Shown one piece after another: positions 1-9,454 of a stretch of DNA of 64,000 nt. Source of the DNA: a candidate division WOR-3 bacterium (GTDB lineage Bacteria > Hydrothermota > Hydrothermia > LBFQ01); assembly GCA_015492295.1 (NCBI GenBank), contig WGFI01000121.1:2787-66786 (forward strand), in the 5' to 3' direction. Within the stretch, counting starts at the first letter, position 1, and every line of letters starts with the position of its first letter. A program made the translations under genes and the position numbers. The notes below the pieces were generated by a model. It saw nothing but the letters and a program-made list of their open reading frames with translations. It did not search any database and had not been told where the DNA came from.

Positions 1-641
1 TCCACCCTCAAGATTATCTTTCCCAAGTTAAAACCCACATAGCCCGAATTGATTATCTTAATTTTTTCATCTTCTGTAAAATCTCCTTCGGGTCCTATAA
101 GTAATATAGCCCTTGATGATAGAGGGACATCATTTATGTTCATCTTTGATCCTATTATTCCGGCGAGTTTGGTTTCGTAGCTCTTATATTCTTCCAAAAC
201 CTCATCAATACTCATAGGTTCTCTTATGATAGGTATATCCGTTCTCCCACATTGCTTTACTGCTGACAGGATTATCCTTTCCCATCTATCCTTCTTTTCT
301 TTCGGTCTTCTAACCGTTCTTTTGCATATCATAGGTACCATCTCACTCACACCTATCTCAACGAGCTTCTCAATCAGATCGTCAAATCTACCCCCCTTGG
401 GAGGTGAGAAGGCGACGACGATATGACCAGGTGGTAGAAGTTTTGGGAGTTCCTCCAAGAGTTTTACCGTGGCACTATCCTTATGAACCTCCACTAAGAT
501 TCCCATATATTCCTTATATCCGTCAAAAACCCTGACCTTATCCCCTTTCCTAAGTCTAAGAACTCTATACATGTGATGAAATTCCTCCCCCGAAATTTCG
601 GCGAACTCATCACGAATCCTACCAAAAAACCTAGGAACCAT
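1..641 (-). CDS. rsmE: 16S rRNA (uracil1498-N3)-methyltransferase RsmE, 3' end beyond window start
   Basis: Manual reverse-strand translation from ATG at 641-639 gives MVPRFFGRIRDEF...LLIGPEGDFTEDE...GFNLGKIILRV. This matches the RsmE family signature (LLIGPEGGFS / LGxRILR). It is not in the ORF track because it has no stop within the window. Confidence 0.7.
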   Translation of the reverse strand, partial: MVPRFFGRIRDEFAEISGEEFHHMYRVLRLRKGDKVRVFDGYKEYMGILVEVHKDSATVKLLEELPKLLPPGHIVVAFSPPKGGRFDDLIEKLVEIGVSEMVPMICKRTVRRPKEKKDRWERIILSAVKQCGRTDIPIIREPMSIDEVLEEYKSYETKLAGIIGSKMNINDVPLSSRAILLIGPEGDFTEDEKIKIINSGYVGFNLGKIILRV

Positions 642-646
642 GCCTC

Positions 647-1057
647 CTACTCCCCCTCTTTATGAGCGAAATATCTATCCTGAATATAGGACATGAGTAT
701 CACGAGTATGAGGGTTAAGATGACCCTTTCAAGGGAAAAGTTTGATTTCCACAGGAAAAACCTCAGGAGTGTATCAATTATATAAAATCCAGAGGTCGTT
801 ATACCTACGAGAATCCAGCTAAAATACACCCTACGAAGGACTATTATACTAAGTGTAAAGAGTAAGGGTGAATACCACGGTAGGGTTGTAAATAAACCAT
901 CTCGCACTATACCTATGACTATAAAGAATGCCAAGGCGAAGGTTCTTCTTATACTTATAGAAAAAGGAAGCACAACAAAAGCGGGATCAAAGTATATCTT
1001 TACGGTCGCACTTAAAAGCGTTAGTATCCCTCCCAAAAAGATAATGAGGTAATTCAC
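647..1057 (-). CDS. small integral membrane protein, 4-5 predicted TM helices, function unknown
   Basis: ORF track. Hydrophobic segments throughout. Tightly packed between rsmE and the reductase gene. Confidence 0.4.
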   Translation of the reverse strand: MNYLIIFLGGILTLLSATVKIYFDPAFVVLPFSISIRRTFALAFFIVIGIVRDGLFTTLPWYSPLLFTLSIIVLRRVYFSWILVGITTSGFYIIDTLLRFFLWKSNFSLERVILTLILVILMSYIQDRYFAHKEGE

Positions 1058-2271
1058 TACCCAAATACAGCCCTTTTAAGATAGCTTACAAATTCCTGCC
1101 CTCCTTTTTTGGCAGCGAAGGTTAAAAGGGCTGGTGCGGACTTAAATATGAACTTCGCTATTTCCGTAGCGTTTATAGTTTCAAGATCCTTACCATGAAA
1201 GAGAGGCTTGAGTTGTTCAAATATATACTGAATATCCTCATCGCTTAGTCTTAGAAACACTTTCCTAACCTCATAAGCCAACTCATACTCCCTTCTATTT
1301 ATCCTCTTCCAGAATGTATCATGATATTCCTTTAACCTGCTCCTTGATAGGTTTCCTTCTTTTAATGCCTTGGCTCCCACCTCACCCGCTATCTTTCCGG
1401 AAAGAAGGGCAGCAGGTATCCCTCCACCCGATATAGGCTCGGCGAGTCTGGCGGCATCACCTACCACCATTATTCCATCACCATAGATCTCCATCTTATG
1501 CCCACCCACGGGAACCACGCTGCTTATCACACCCATTATCTTTGCACCTTTGAAATAGGTATTTACGAGGTTTTCAAGATAAGGCTTTGCGCCCACTTCT
1601 GGTGGAACCAGCGCCACCCCTACTCCCACATTCCCATAATGTCCCCCCTTAGGAAAATTCCAACCGTATCCTTTATAACAATAATCGTCGCCCGTGAAGA
1701 AGTCTATCCTCCCATCCTCAATGGAGGGATGAACCATAAAGTACTCCATAACATAATGGTAATCCTCCGGGTCCATATCCAACTTTAAACCGGCTTGTCT
1801 CCCAACCACCGAACCCGGACCATCAGCACCTATCACCAGCCTGCAATGCACGACCTCTTTCTTTCCTTTGTGAGAGAAATGTATCAGCCAACCATCATCT
1901 TTCCTTTCAAGTTTATTAAATGTGGCATTCGTGAGTATATCCGCCCCTGCCTCAACCGCTTTCTGGGCAACAAACCTGTCAAATATCCTTCTTTCAAGTA
2001 TGTATCCAACACCTTCTTTCTTAACCTCCATATAGTCTCCATTGGGGGCATAAAATCTGGCATAGTTTATGGTGGATGCTATAAATCTGGGATCGGGTTC
2101 AAAGAACTGACTTAGGGATTGATGGGATATACCTTCCGCACACTGAACCACTATTCCTATCTCAGGTTTCCTTTCAAGGAGAAGGACCTTTGCTCCCCCC
2201 TCCGCCAAACTCTTTGCGGCCATTGATCCGGCAGGCCCTGCGCCGACGACTACCGCATCGTATCTTTCCAT
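1057..2271 (-). CDS. geranylgeranyl reductase family FAD-dependent oxidoreductase
   Basis: N-terminal Rossmann FAD motif VVVGAGPAGSMAAKSLAEGGAKVLLLER. Overall similarity pattern to GGR/ChlP-type reductases. Confidence 0.8.
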   Translation of the reverse strand: MERYDAVVVGAGPAGSMAAKSLAEGGAKVLLLERKPEIGIVVQCAEGISHQSLSQFFEPDPRFIASTINYARFYAPNGDYMEVKKEGVGYILERRIFDRFVAQKAVEAGADILTNATFNKLERKDDGWLIHFSHKGKKEVVHCRLVIGADGPGSVVGRQAGLKLDMDPEDYHYVMEYFMVHPSIEDGRIDFFTGDDYCYKGYGWNFPKGGHYGNVGVGVALVPPEVGAKPYLENLVNTYFKGAKIMGVISSVVPVGGHKMEIYGDGIMVVGDAARLAEPISGGGIPAALLSGKIAGEVGAKALKEGNLSRSRLKEYHDTFWKRINRREYELAYEVRKVFLRLSDEDIQYIFEQLKPLFHGKDLETINATEIAKFIFKSAPALLTFAAKKGGQEFVSYLKRAVFG

Positions 2272-2308
2272 AACGGGTATTATATCGTAGAAAAATTTAT
2301 TAAATGAA

Positions 2309-3313
2309 TTATGATGAACATACCGATACTATTTCTTGAACTAGCAGTGAAACTTTCTCATCCATTGAAGGAAAAGTTAAGGAATTAACCAGACAGTTCC
2401 TTGATAATGTTTCCCTGAGAATAGGGTCGCTCACAAGTAAAGATACATGGCGAGAGAACTCCTCAATTGAGAAATTTTCAACAACGAAGCCATTCCAACC
2501 GTTTTTAACGATTTCTTCGGTTTTATGGGCTTTAAAACTGACAGGAGGAATACCGAGCGCCAATGAAGTTATCATATAAGTGGATTTGTTTCCGAAAAAA
2601 TACGGAAAGATCGTTATATCTATGGAACCATAAAAGTCCTCAAGGGACTCGGATATAAACACTTTGCCTTTGAACTTACTTATAAACCTATCAATATCCG
2701 AACTCTTTCCAATAGGATGTATGAGCAGCTTATACATTCCGTTCCCCGAGAGATATATATCCTCCAAGATATGAAAACCGAATTCTTCCGATGGATAACC
2801 CACATATCCGACATATATACCGTTTAGAGGAATACCCAACCTCTTTCTGGAATATATCTTATCGGGTTTTGATGGAAGCTGGGGAACATTGGGTGATATT
2901 ATGTAATTAACTCCATACTTATCCGCCAATGCATTCCCTCCCGAAGCATCATCGGATATTATATACAACTTCGCCCTTTCTTTGAAAACCGCATCTATAT
3001 TCCGAAATAATATCCACCTTTTCCAGAAAGGGAGCCTTCTCAAAGGGAACCTTTCAAGCACGCTTTCAACGAATATAACAAGCGTTTTATTCCTATATCT
3101 TCTGATAAATTTTACGGGTGCTTTGAAATCCACATAGATATTAACCATAATCACATCCGCATCTCTCGGAGATTCTACGATCTTAAAAAAGTTTGAAAGT
3201 TTATTCTTTAAAACCTTAGTTTCAGGTAGATCCCTAAAACCCCAGAAATACACCTTCACCTTGTCATTCCGGCTATAACGGATATGAGTGCCCCCAGAGT
3301 GACAATTCCACAA
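2309..3313 (-). CDS. glycosyltransferase family 1 (GT4-like)
   Basis: C-terminal GT-B motif GIPPVSFKAHKTEEIVKNGWNGFVVE. The true start is probably an internal GTG (VKVYFWGF, about 3259 or 3253), which avoids overlap with the upstream small ORF. Confidence 0.65.
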   Translation of the reverse strand: MWNCHSGGTHIRYSRNDKVKVYFWGFRDLPETKVLKNKLSNFFKIVESPRDADVIMVNIYVDFKAPVKFIRRYRNKTLVIFVESVLERFPLRRLPFWKRWILFRNIDAVFKERAKLYIISDDASGGNALADKYGVNYIISPNVPQLPSKPDKIYSRKRLGIPLNGIYVGYVGYPSEEFGFHILEDIYLSGNGMYKLLIHPIGKSSDIDRFISKFKGKVFISESLEDFYGSIDITIFPYFFGNKSTYMITSLALGIPPVSFKAHKTEEIVKNGWNGFVVENFSIEEFSRHVSLLVSDPILRETLSRNCLVNSLTFPSMDEKVSLLVQEIVSVCSS

Positions 3314-3648
3314 CCAAAACCTATGGATACAAATTCAAGCAGCCTTTCCTTCGTGTATTGCTTTTTTTCAAGGTAGAGTAAGATCAGGTCAGGTAGATTT
3401 TCGGGGGAATTATCGGGAAGCTTTATGGCAACGGGTGTTCTATAAAATATTTTATAACCCGATGGTGTCGTATATATCCATCGTTTGTTAAATATCAGGT
3501 ATTTGCCCGTTGAATCCTTTATGTACTGTAAATCGTAGAGCGCATCCTCCCCTCCCTCTTTGATTATTTTCTGAGCCATGCGTTCGGCAAATCTATTCCA
3601 ATACGCCGTATCGTTTGAAGTTTGAAATAAAAGTAGTATCGTTATCAT
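3256..3648 (-). CDS. small protein with C-terminal TM anchor; ORF-track start 3792 is probably too long
   Basis: ORF track 3256..3792. The N-terminal 48 aa look non-protein-like. An internal Met (MITILLLFQTSNDTA) gives a signal-like start. C-terminal hydrophobic segment GIVTLGALISVIAGM. Confidence 0.3.
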   Translation of the reverse strand: MITILLLFQTSNDTAYWNRFAERMAQKIIKEGGEDALYDLQYIKDSTGKYLIFNKRWIYTTPSGYKIFYRTPVAIKLPDNSPENLPDLILLYLEKKQYTKERLLEFVSIGFGCGIVTLGALISVIAGMTR

Positions 3649-3744
3649 TAAACGAGTATTATACGCTTGAAAATAAACAGGTGGGTGAAGAGCTGCGCGC
3701 TTAGCTTTAACACTTAGGAAATTAAACCGCCGTAGAATTAAAAG

Positions 3745-4041
3745 ATGAATTGGAGAAGAAGGAACAAAGACAATCCCCAGCAGGATCCTCAACGGATAAT
3801 GATAGAGATATTAAAGGAGATGAGAGACAGCCTGAACACGATAAGCAACAAGTTAGACACGATGAACACCAACCTGAGCAATAAGTTGGACACGGTGAGC
3901 AACAAGCTGGACAGGATGGGGGAGAAAATAACGAAGGAGATCAGAGAGATACCTAACAGAATGGTACAGGAGTTATACGGGAACCAAACGGTGAGGTGGG
4001 GGCCATTAGGTTATAAACCAGCCCAAATAAAGAATAGATGA
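3745..4041 (+). CDS. small coiled-coil protein with repeated SNKLDT motif
   Basis: ORF track. The motif NKLDT(M/V) recurs four times with 8-aa spacing (ISNKLDTM / LSNKLDTV / SNKLDRM). Sits in a gap between two minus-strand genes. Confidence 0.3.
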   Translation: MNWRRRNKDNPQQDPQRIMIEILKEMRDSLNTISNKLDTMNTNLSNKLDTVSNKLDRMGEKITKEIREIPNRMVQELYGNQTVRWGPLGYKPAQIKNR

Positions 4042-4088
4042 AGCATACACTAAATCAAGATAATGATATGAAGTTCGGAAAGTGGAAA

Positions 4089-5147
4089 TCAAAGTATATT
4101 CTTGATGAAATCGGATATCTCCTTAGCCGTTCTTTTCCAAGAGAACTTTTTCACCCTATCAAACCCCTTTTTTATATATCTCTCTCTGTCGTTTAAAACC
4201 TTGTTTATCGCTTGAATCCAGCTGTCAATATCATCGGGATCGGCGTACTCTATCGCATCGCCTCCCGATTCTTTAACCGCTTCCGTTCCAACCACTGGAA
4301 CCCCCGTCGCCATCGCCTCAAGTACAGGTATCCCGAAACCTTCGTACTTTGAAGGTACGGCTACCAGCAACGCTCCTGAATAAACCCCCGCCAAATCTTC
4401 TTGGGGTATATATCTGAATATTCTAACCCTATCTCTCAGGTTCAACCTCTCAACTTCGTTCATAATTCTACTCTCATAAGGTTCCCTGGTCCCGGTTATC
4501 ACGAGTTGCAGAGGTTCAAGGAAAGGCAAGGTCTTTATAACTATTTCCACATTCTTATGGATATACTGGGCACCCACAACGAGAATATAATCAAACAAAC
4601 CGTACCTTCGCTTTACCTGGAGGACCTTTTCCTTGGGTATGGGTTTAAATATATCCTCGTTGTATCCCTGATAGAATACCCTAACTTTGCTCTCATCCAA
4701 TTTGAAGAAATTAACTATATCCTCCTTTGACCTTTGAGATACGGTGAAGATATAATCAACCTTATTTATAAAAGGTTTGAGAAAATACCTAAAAAGATAG
4801 TTCTGCTCCTTATACCTCTCGGGAAATAGGATCGGTAAAATGTCATGAATGGTTATGATCTGTTTTCCAGCCCAAAAGAGAGATATGGAATGATATGTTC
4901 TATAAAGCAGACCTTTGCCCCTTAGGGTTTGCAGATAAAACATCCTCAATATCGCGGCCTTTTTGCCGTTTAAAGGGGCTAAAATCTTCGGTGCAAGTTT
5001 AAACTTTAAATCCTTCCTGAACAATTCTGGGGAATGCGTGATAACGGTAAAATCCAAATATTCCGAAAGATGTTTAACGAGATTGACCGTATATATTCCT
5101 ATACCCGTTGATTTTTCATCGGCCATTAAGGTATCTACGATCATCAT
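4089..5147 (-). CDS. glycosyltransferase family 1 (GT4)
   Basis: EGFGIPVLEAMATGVPVV nucleotide-sugar binding motif typical of GT4 retaining glycosyltransferases. Confidence 0.75.
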   Translation of the reverse strand: MMIVDTLMADEKSTGIGIYTVNLVKHLSEYLDFTVITHSPELFRKDLKFKLAPKILAPLNGKKAAILRMFYLQTLRGKGLLYRTYHSISLFWAGKQIITIHDILPILFPERYKEQNYLFRYFLKPFINKVDYIFTVSQRSKEDIVNFFKLDESKVRVFYQGYNEDIFKPIPKEKVLQVKRRYGLFDYILVVGAQYIHKNVEIVIKTLPFLEPLQLVITGTREPYESRIMNEVERLNLRDRVRIFRYIPQEDLAGVYSGALLVAVPSKYEGFGIPVLEAMATGVPVVGTEAVKESGGDAIEYADPDDIDSWIQAINKVLNDRERYIKKGFDRVKKFSWKRTAKEISDFIKNIL

Positions 5148-6235
5148 CCCTTGAAAAACTCTTTTATCTTACTTATAACGAATTCAACTTGCCATTCTTC
5201 CATCTCAGGATATATAGGAATGCTCAAAACCTCCTTACTTATTTTCTCAGCAACCGGAAACTCACCCTCCTTATAACCCAATTCTCTTAAAGGTTTTTGA
5301 AGATGTAAAGGTATGGGATAGTATATGGATACACCTATTCCGTTTTTTCTGAGATGCTCTGCGAGTTTATCCCTGGCATCCGTTCTTATCGTGTATTGAT
5401 GGTATATATGAAAGTTTCCTTCAAGCACATACGGAATCATTACAAAGTCTTTCAGTTCTTCATCGTAAATCTTTGCTATTTCGTTTCTTTTCCTGTTCCA
5501 TTCATCTATGTATCTGAGCTTCACCAATAGAAAAGCCGCTTGAATTTCATCCAATCTGCTGTTGTATCCGATGTTTTCATGCTTGTATTTTTCATTATAA
5601 GAGCCATGTACCCTTAAAGATTTAGCGTTCTTATAAACTTCCGGAATGTTCGTTGTTATCAGTCCCCCATCTCCAAGCGCCGAAAGATTCTTGGTGGGAT
5701 AGAAGCTGAACGCCCCTACATCTCCAAAGGAACCGGCTTTTATACCATTCCTCATAGCCCCGAAAGCTTGCGCCGCATCCTCAATAAGATGCACCCCCTC
5801 AAACTTCAACTTCTCAACCTCAGCCATCTGCCCAAAAAGATGCACGGCTATTATAGCCTTTATACCCTCACTCATTTTGGATTTAACATCCTCAACGGAT
5901 ATATTGAAAGTCCTTTCATCTATATCAACCAAAACAGGTTCAGCACCCACAAGCATTATAGATTCAACCGTTGCAAAGAATGAAAAGGTCGTAGTTATAA
6001 CCTTATCACCCCTGCCGATTCCTACGGATCTCAGACCTATTACAAGGGCATCTGTACCACTATTCACACCTACGCCGTACCTAACATTCAGGTACTCCGC
6101 CGCCTTCCTCTCAAACTCCTCAACATACCTACCCAAGATAAACCTACCGCTTGATAGTATATCCTCAAATACTCTAAAAATTTCGGTTCTTAGGTCTTTA
6201 TGCTGTTTCACTAAATCTATCTGGGGAACTATCAA
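5144..6235 (-). CDS. DegT/DnrJ/EryC1/StrS family PLP-dependent sugar aminotransferase
   Basis: Sequence IVPQIDLVKQHKDLRTEI...GRFILGRYVEEFERKAAEY...GVNSGTDAL matches the DegT family N-terminus. The ORF-track start (6265) overlaps tRNA-Thr. The start is more likely TTG at 6235 (M-IVPQIDL) or GTG at 6211. Confidence 0.8.
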   Translation of the reverse strand: MIVPQIDLVKQHKDLRTEIFRVFEDILSSGRFILGRYVEEFERKAAEYLNVRYGVGVNSGTDALVIGLRSVGIGRGDKVITTTFSFFATVESIMLVGAEPVLVDIDERTFNISVEDVKSKMSEGIKAIIAVHLFGQMAEVEKLKFEGVHLIEDAAQAFGAMRNGIKAGSFGDVGAFSFYPTKNLSALGDGGLITTNIPEVYKNAKSLRVHGSYNEKYKHENIGYNSRLDEIQAAFLLVKLRYIDEWNRKRNEIAKIYDEELKDFVMIPYVLEGNFHIYHQYTIRTDARDKLAEHLRKNGIGVSIYYPIPLHLQKPLRELGYKEGEFPVAEKISKEVLSIPIYPEMEEWQVEFVISKIKEFFKG

Positions 6236-6238
6236 AAA

Positions 6239-6311
6239 AGCCACCCGGGGGACTCGAACCCCCAACCTGCTGATTACAAATCAGCCGCTCTGCCAATTGA
6301 GCTAGGGTGGC
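6239..6311 (-). tRNA. tRNA-Thr (anticodon UGU)
   Basis: Reverse complement folds as a cloverleaf. Acceptor GCCACCC/GGGUGGC. Anticodon stem GCUGA/UCAGC with loop UUUGUAA gives anticodon UGU. T-arm GGUUCGAGUCC. 73 nt, no encoded CCA. Confidence 0.9.
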
Positions 6312-6339
6312 GAAGAAGATATTATAAAGTTGAAAGGTT

Positions 6340-7146
6340 CTAAGTGGCGAGTTTTACGATCGTTCTGAGAAGTTTAAAAGCCGTTATTATATTTTCCTCC
6401 GCAAACCTGACTCTCAGAGCATCTATCCTCTCCACATAAGGGCATATCTCAACCGTATCGGTCATCCTTACATCCTTAAATTCAACCGTAAATTCAAGCT
6501 TCTCAGGTATTTCAATAGGTCTCAATCCCTTTTTAAAGATTGAGTTGATTGAATTTTCGTAGTCTTTGAAAACCTCGTCGGGATGTCTGAGAAGCGCCGA
6601 ATTGAATGTTGTGCCCTTTTTCGTTATTACAAACTCCGTATTTGGAAACCTCGCTTCCTCTTGAATCTTCAATCTATGATCTCCGCTTATAAGAGCAACC
6701 GGAACACCGAAGTGTGATGCTATGAGGGCGTTTATGTATGCCTCCGAGCATAGATTTCCGTTTATCTCTATGCGGTTGATTACCCTTGAGCTATAAGTAT
6801 GCGCCAGATGTCCGTAGGTGGTGGAAGCTGCGGAATGGTATCCTATGAACATGCACATATCAAAGCCCTTATCAATACCCTCCATCATAGACAGGGGTTT
6901 GGGATACCCCGATATTAGATTTACGAAACCCGGAAGGTTCTCTATACGCAAGTTGTTCATATACCAGTGTGAATCGTTTATGACGATCTCTTTAACTCCA
7001 AAATCCTTTAAGATATTACATATGAAAGAGAGCTCCTTCTCCATTAGGGTTCTACTCCTCTCGTATCTGCCCGATGAAGGATCAACATCGTCATAGGAGG
7101 ATATGCCACATATACCTTCCATATCCGCCGAGATATAAACCCTCAT
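6340..7146 (-). CDS. dppA: D-aminopeptidase DppA (peptidase M55 family)
   Basis: N-terminus MRVYISADMEGICGISSYDD matches the M55 D-aminopeptidase signature (MKxYxSxDxEG). Confidence 0.75.
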   Translation of the reverse strand: MRVYISADMEGICGISSYDDVDPSSGRYERSRTLMEKELSFICNILKDFGVKEIVINDSHWYMNNLRIENLPGFVNLISGYPKPLSMMEGIDKGFDMCMFIGYHSAASTTYGHLAHTYSSRVINRIEINGNLCSEAYINALIASHFGVPVALISGDHRLKIQEEARFPNTEFVITKKGTTFNSALLRHPDEVFKDYENSINSIFKKGLRPIEIPEKLEFTVEFKDVRMTDTVEICPYVERIDALRVRFAEENIITAFKLLRTIVKLAT

Positions 7147-8411
7147 GGCTTTATAACATCAACGCCAACATAATCCCTGAGAACCTCTGGAATCACCACG
7201 CTTCCATCCCTCTGCTGGAAATTCTCTAAAATCGCTATGAACACCCTCGGGGTTGCCAAACCCGATCCGTTGAGCATATGGACATACTCTTTTTTACCAT
7301 TCTTCCTTCTGAGCTTTATATTAGCCCTTCTGGCCTGGAAATCCTCAACATTGGATACGGATGAGGCTTCCAACCACCTTCTAAGACCCGGAGCCCAAAC
7401 CTCAATATCGTAGGTCTTAGCGGCGGCAAAACCCATATCACCCGTACATAATAAAACCACCCTGTACGGTATCCCGAGAAGTTGCAGTATATTCTCGGCA
7501 TCCCTGAGCATCTTCTCGTGCTCCTCATAGGATTCCTCGGGTTTAGTGTATTTGAAAAGCTCCACCTTGTTAAACTGATGCACCCTTATTATACCCCTCA
7601 CATCCCTACCATAGGAACCAGCCTCTCTCCTAAAACAGGGGGTATAGGAAACATAATATAACGGAAGATTTTCCTCGGGTATCACCTGATTCCTATGGAG
7701 GTTTGCCAAGGAGGCTTCAGCCGTTGGTATCAGGTACATATCATCCCTTTCGGTGTGATACATCTCCTCCTCAAACTTGGGAAGATGACCTGAGGCGAAC
7801 AACGCTTCTGGCTTTACGAGTATAGGTGGAAAGATCTCGGTATAGCCGTTCTTCCTGTGAGTATCCAAGAAAAAGTTTATCAGTGCCCTTTCAAGCGTGG
7901 CTCCCAAGCCCTTGTAAGTCGCGAATCTTGAACCCGCCATCTTCGCCGCGGACTCAAAATCCAATATACCCAGAAGCTCCCCTATCTCCCAATGAGTTTT
8001 GGGTTCAAAATCAAATTCCCTTATCTCCCCCCATTCCCTAACAACGACATTGTCGTTTGAATCCTTGCCCACGGGCACACTCTCATGGGGTATGTTCGGT
8101 ACATAAGCCCACAGATCCCAAAACTTCTTATCCACTTCCTTCTCTTTGTATTTTATTTCCTCCAACTGCTCATCAATGCTTTTCGCCTCTTTAAGCAAAT
8201 CATCAATATCCTCACCTCGCTTTTTCCTATTTCCGATCTCCTGCGATATATGATTTTTCTTGGATCTCAACTCGTTCGCCTTGGTTATAAGCTCTCTGCG
8301 TTTTTGATCCAGAGCGGTTAGCTCAACGAGTATATCGGTGGAGTATCCCCTCTTTCTCAAAGCATCTTCAAGTATGGCCCTTTTCCCCCTTATATATTCC
8401 AAATCAAGCAT
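7143..8411 (-). CDS. serS: seryl-tRNA synthetase
   Basis: N-terminal coiled-coil tRNA-binding arm (MLDLEYIRGKRAILEDALRKRG). Class II aaRS catalytic core motifs. Length 422 aa. Confidence 0.9.
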   Translation of the reverse strand: MLDLEYIRGKRAILEDALRKRGYSTDILVELTALDQKRRELITKANELRSKKNHISQEIGNRKKRGEDIDDLLKEAKSIDEQLEEIKYKEKEVDKKFWDLWAYVPNIPHESVPVGKDSNDNVVVREWGEIREFDFEPKTHWEIGELLGILDFESAAKMAGSRFATYKGLGATLERALINFFLDTHRKNGYTEIFPPILVKPEALFASGHLPKFEEEMYHTERDDMYLIPTAEASLANLHRNQVIPEENLPLYYVSYTPCFRREAGSYGRDVRGIIRVHQFNKVELFKYTKPEESYEEHEKMLRDAENILQLLGIPYRVVLLCTGDMGFAAAKTYDIEVWAPGLRRWLEASSVSNVEDFQARRANIKLRRKNGKKEYVHMLNGSGLATPRVFIAILENFQQRDGSVVIPEVLRDYVGVDVIKP

Positions 8412-8422
8412 AGCCCGTAATT

Positions 8423-9454
8423 CTACACCTGAATTATTTGGAACCTGATAAGCAGCTCTCTGAACCTCATAAATACCTTCTCAGTTGAAAAATCTTTAAT
8501 CTTCTCCCTAAGATCCCAAGATTTACCCATCTTTATCGCCACTCTTATCTTCTCAATCATATCATCATAACCTTTGTAAAATAGAACCTCCGGAAATCTC
8601 TTCTGAAAATTCTCCCAAAATACGCTCACCACAGGCAAACCCATGGCGAAGTATTCCAGAACTTTATTGGGATAATCCATATTTGTTATAAGGGGTGAGA
8701 GTTTGAAAGGTATTATACCCACATCGCTGTGGTAAAGGTACCTGTGAATATGTTTATGCGGTCTCTTTCCTAAGATATAAACATTTTTTGGGATATTCGT
8801 GGGTATGTTCGTATATGGGCCTATGATGACGAAGGAACAACCTTTTAAGTTCTTAGCGGCAAATACGATTCCCTCCCAATCAAACCACCCATATACCGCT
8901 CCAACATATACGATCCTCGGTCTTGGTATATCTCTAATATCCTCAGGCTCAATGACATTCCGTACGGGAAAGAGTTTCAAGTCTATCGGATTGGGTAATA
9001 CAAAGAATTTGCTTTTATCTTTAACCTTACTCCCCAGAGTTGTATGCGCCGCTAGTATTATATCGCTTTTATCAATGAACTCCCTCTCCTCCTCCTGGAA
9101 GAACTCCGGAAGTCCGAAACCTTCAAGTAAATCGTTCATACGATATATTTTGAAACGGCTCTCCGTTCTATTCGCGAAGAAAAGCATATGACTTGAATCG
9201 CAGAGTAGGAGATCCCAGTGATGAAACAGCTTCCAATGATTTATAATATATGTTATATTCCAACAACTCCATTTATTCAGAAAAATCCTTTTTGGAAAGA
9301 TCCACGCGATATCTTTGGTAAATATATAATGCAAACCTTCCATAGTTTTATAACTAACATCAAATCCCAGCAACCTAATGAATCTACCAAATTTAAATAT
9401 ACCCACATCAAGAATACCATCATAACGATTTGGAGAATAGACGAGGGCCTTCAC
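8423..9454 (-). CDS. putative glycosyltransferase (GT-B fold, divergent)
   Basis: C-terminal NKVLEYFAMGLPVVS resembles the GT4 C-terminal motif. Embedded in the glycosyltransferase cluster. Confidence 0.45.
   Translation of the reverse strand: MKALVYSPNRYDGILDVGIFKFGRFIRLLGFDVSYKTMEGLHYIFTKDIAWIFPKRIFLNKWSCWNITYIINHWKLFHHWDLLLCDSSHMLFFANRTESRFKIYRMNDLLEGFGLPEFFQEEEREFIDKSDIILAAHTTLGSKVKDKSKFFVLPNPIDLKLFPVRNVIEPEDIRDIPRPRIVYVGAVYGWFDWEGIVFAAKNLKGCSFVIIGPYTNIPTNIPKNVYILGKRPHKHIHRYLYHSDVGIIPFKLSPLITNMDYPNKVLEYFAMGLPVVSVFWENFQKRFPEVLFYKGYDDMIEKIRVAIKMGKSWDLREKIKDFSTEKVFMRFRELLIRFQIIQV

Noticed and set aside
226-426. Plus-strand 66-aa ORF near the window start
   Set aside because: Lies entirely antisense within the rsmE coding region that I translated on the minus strand. 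Low-complexity sequence, so it is spurious.
1498-2115. Plus-strand ORFs 1498-1788 and 1795-2115, plus many similar short ORFs inside other large genes (for example 4401-4730, 5877-6305, 16303-16581, 25687-26283, 34115-35664, 40647-41084, 50732-51189, 58362-59060)
   Set aside because: All are antisense or out-of-frame overlaps of well-supported longer genes with recognisable family motifs. Their composition is non-protein-like.
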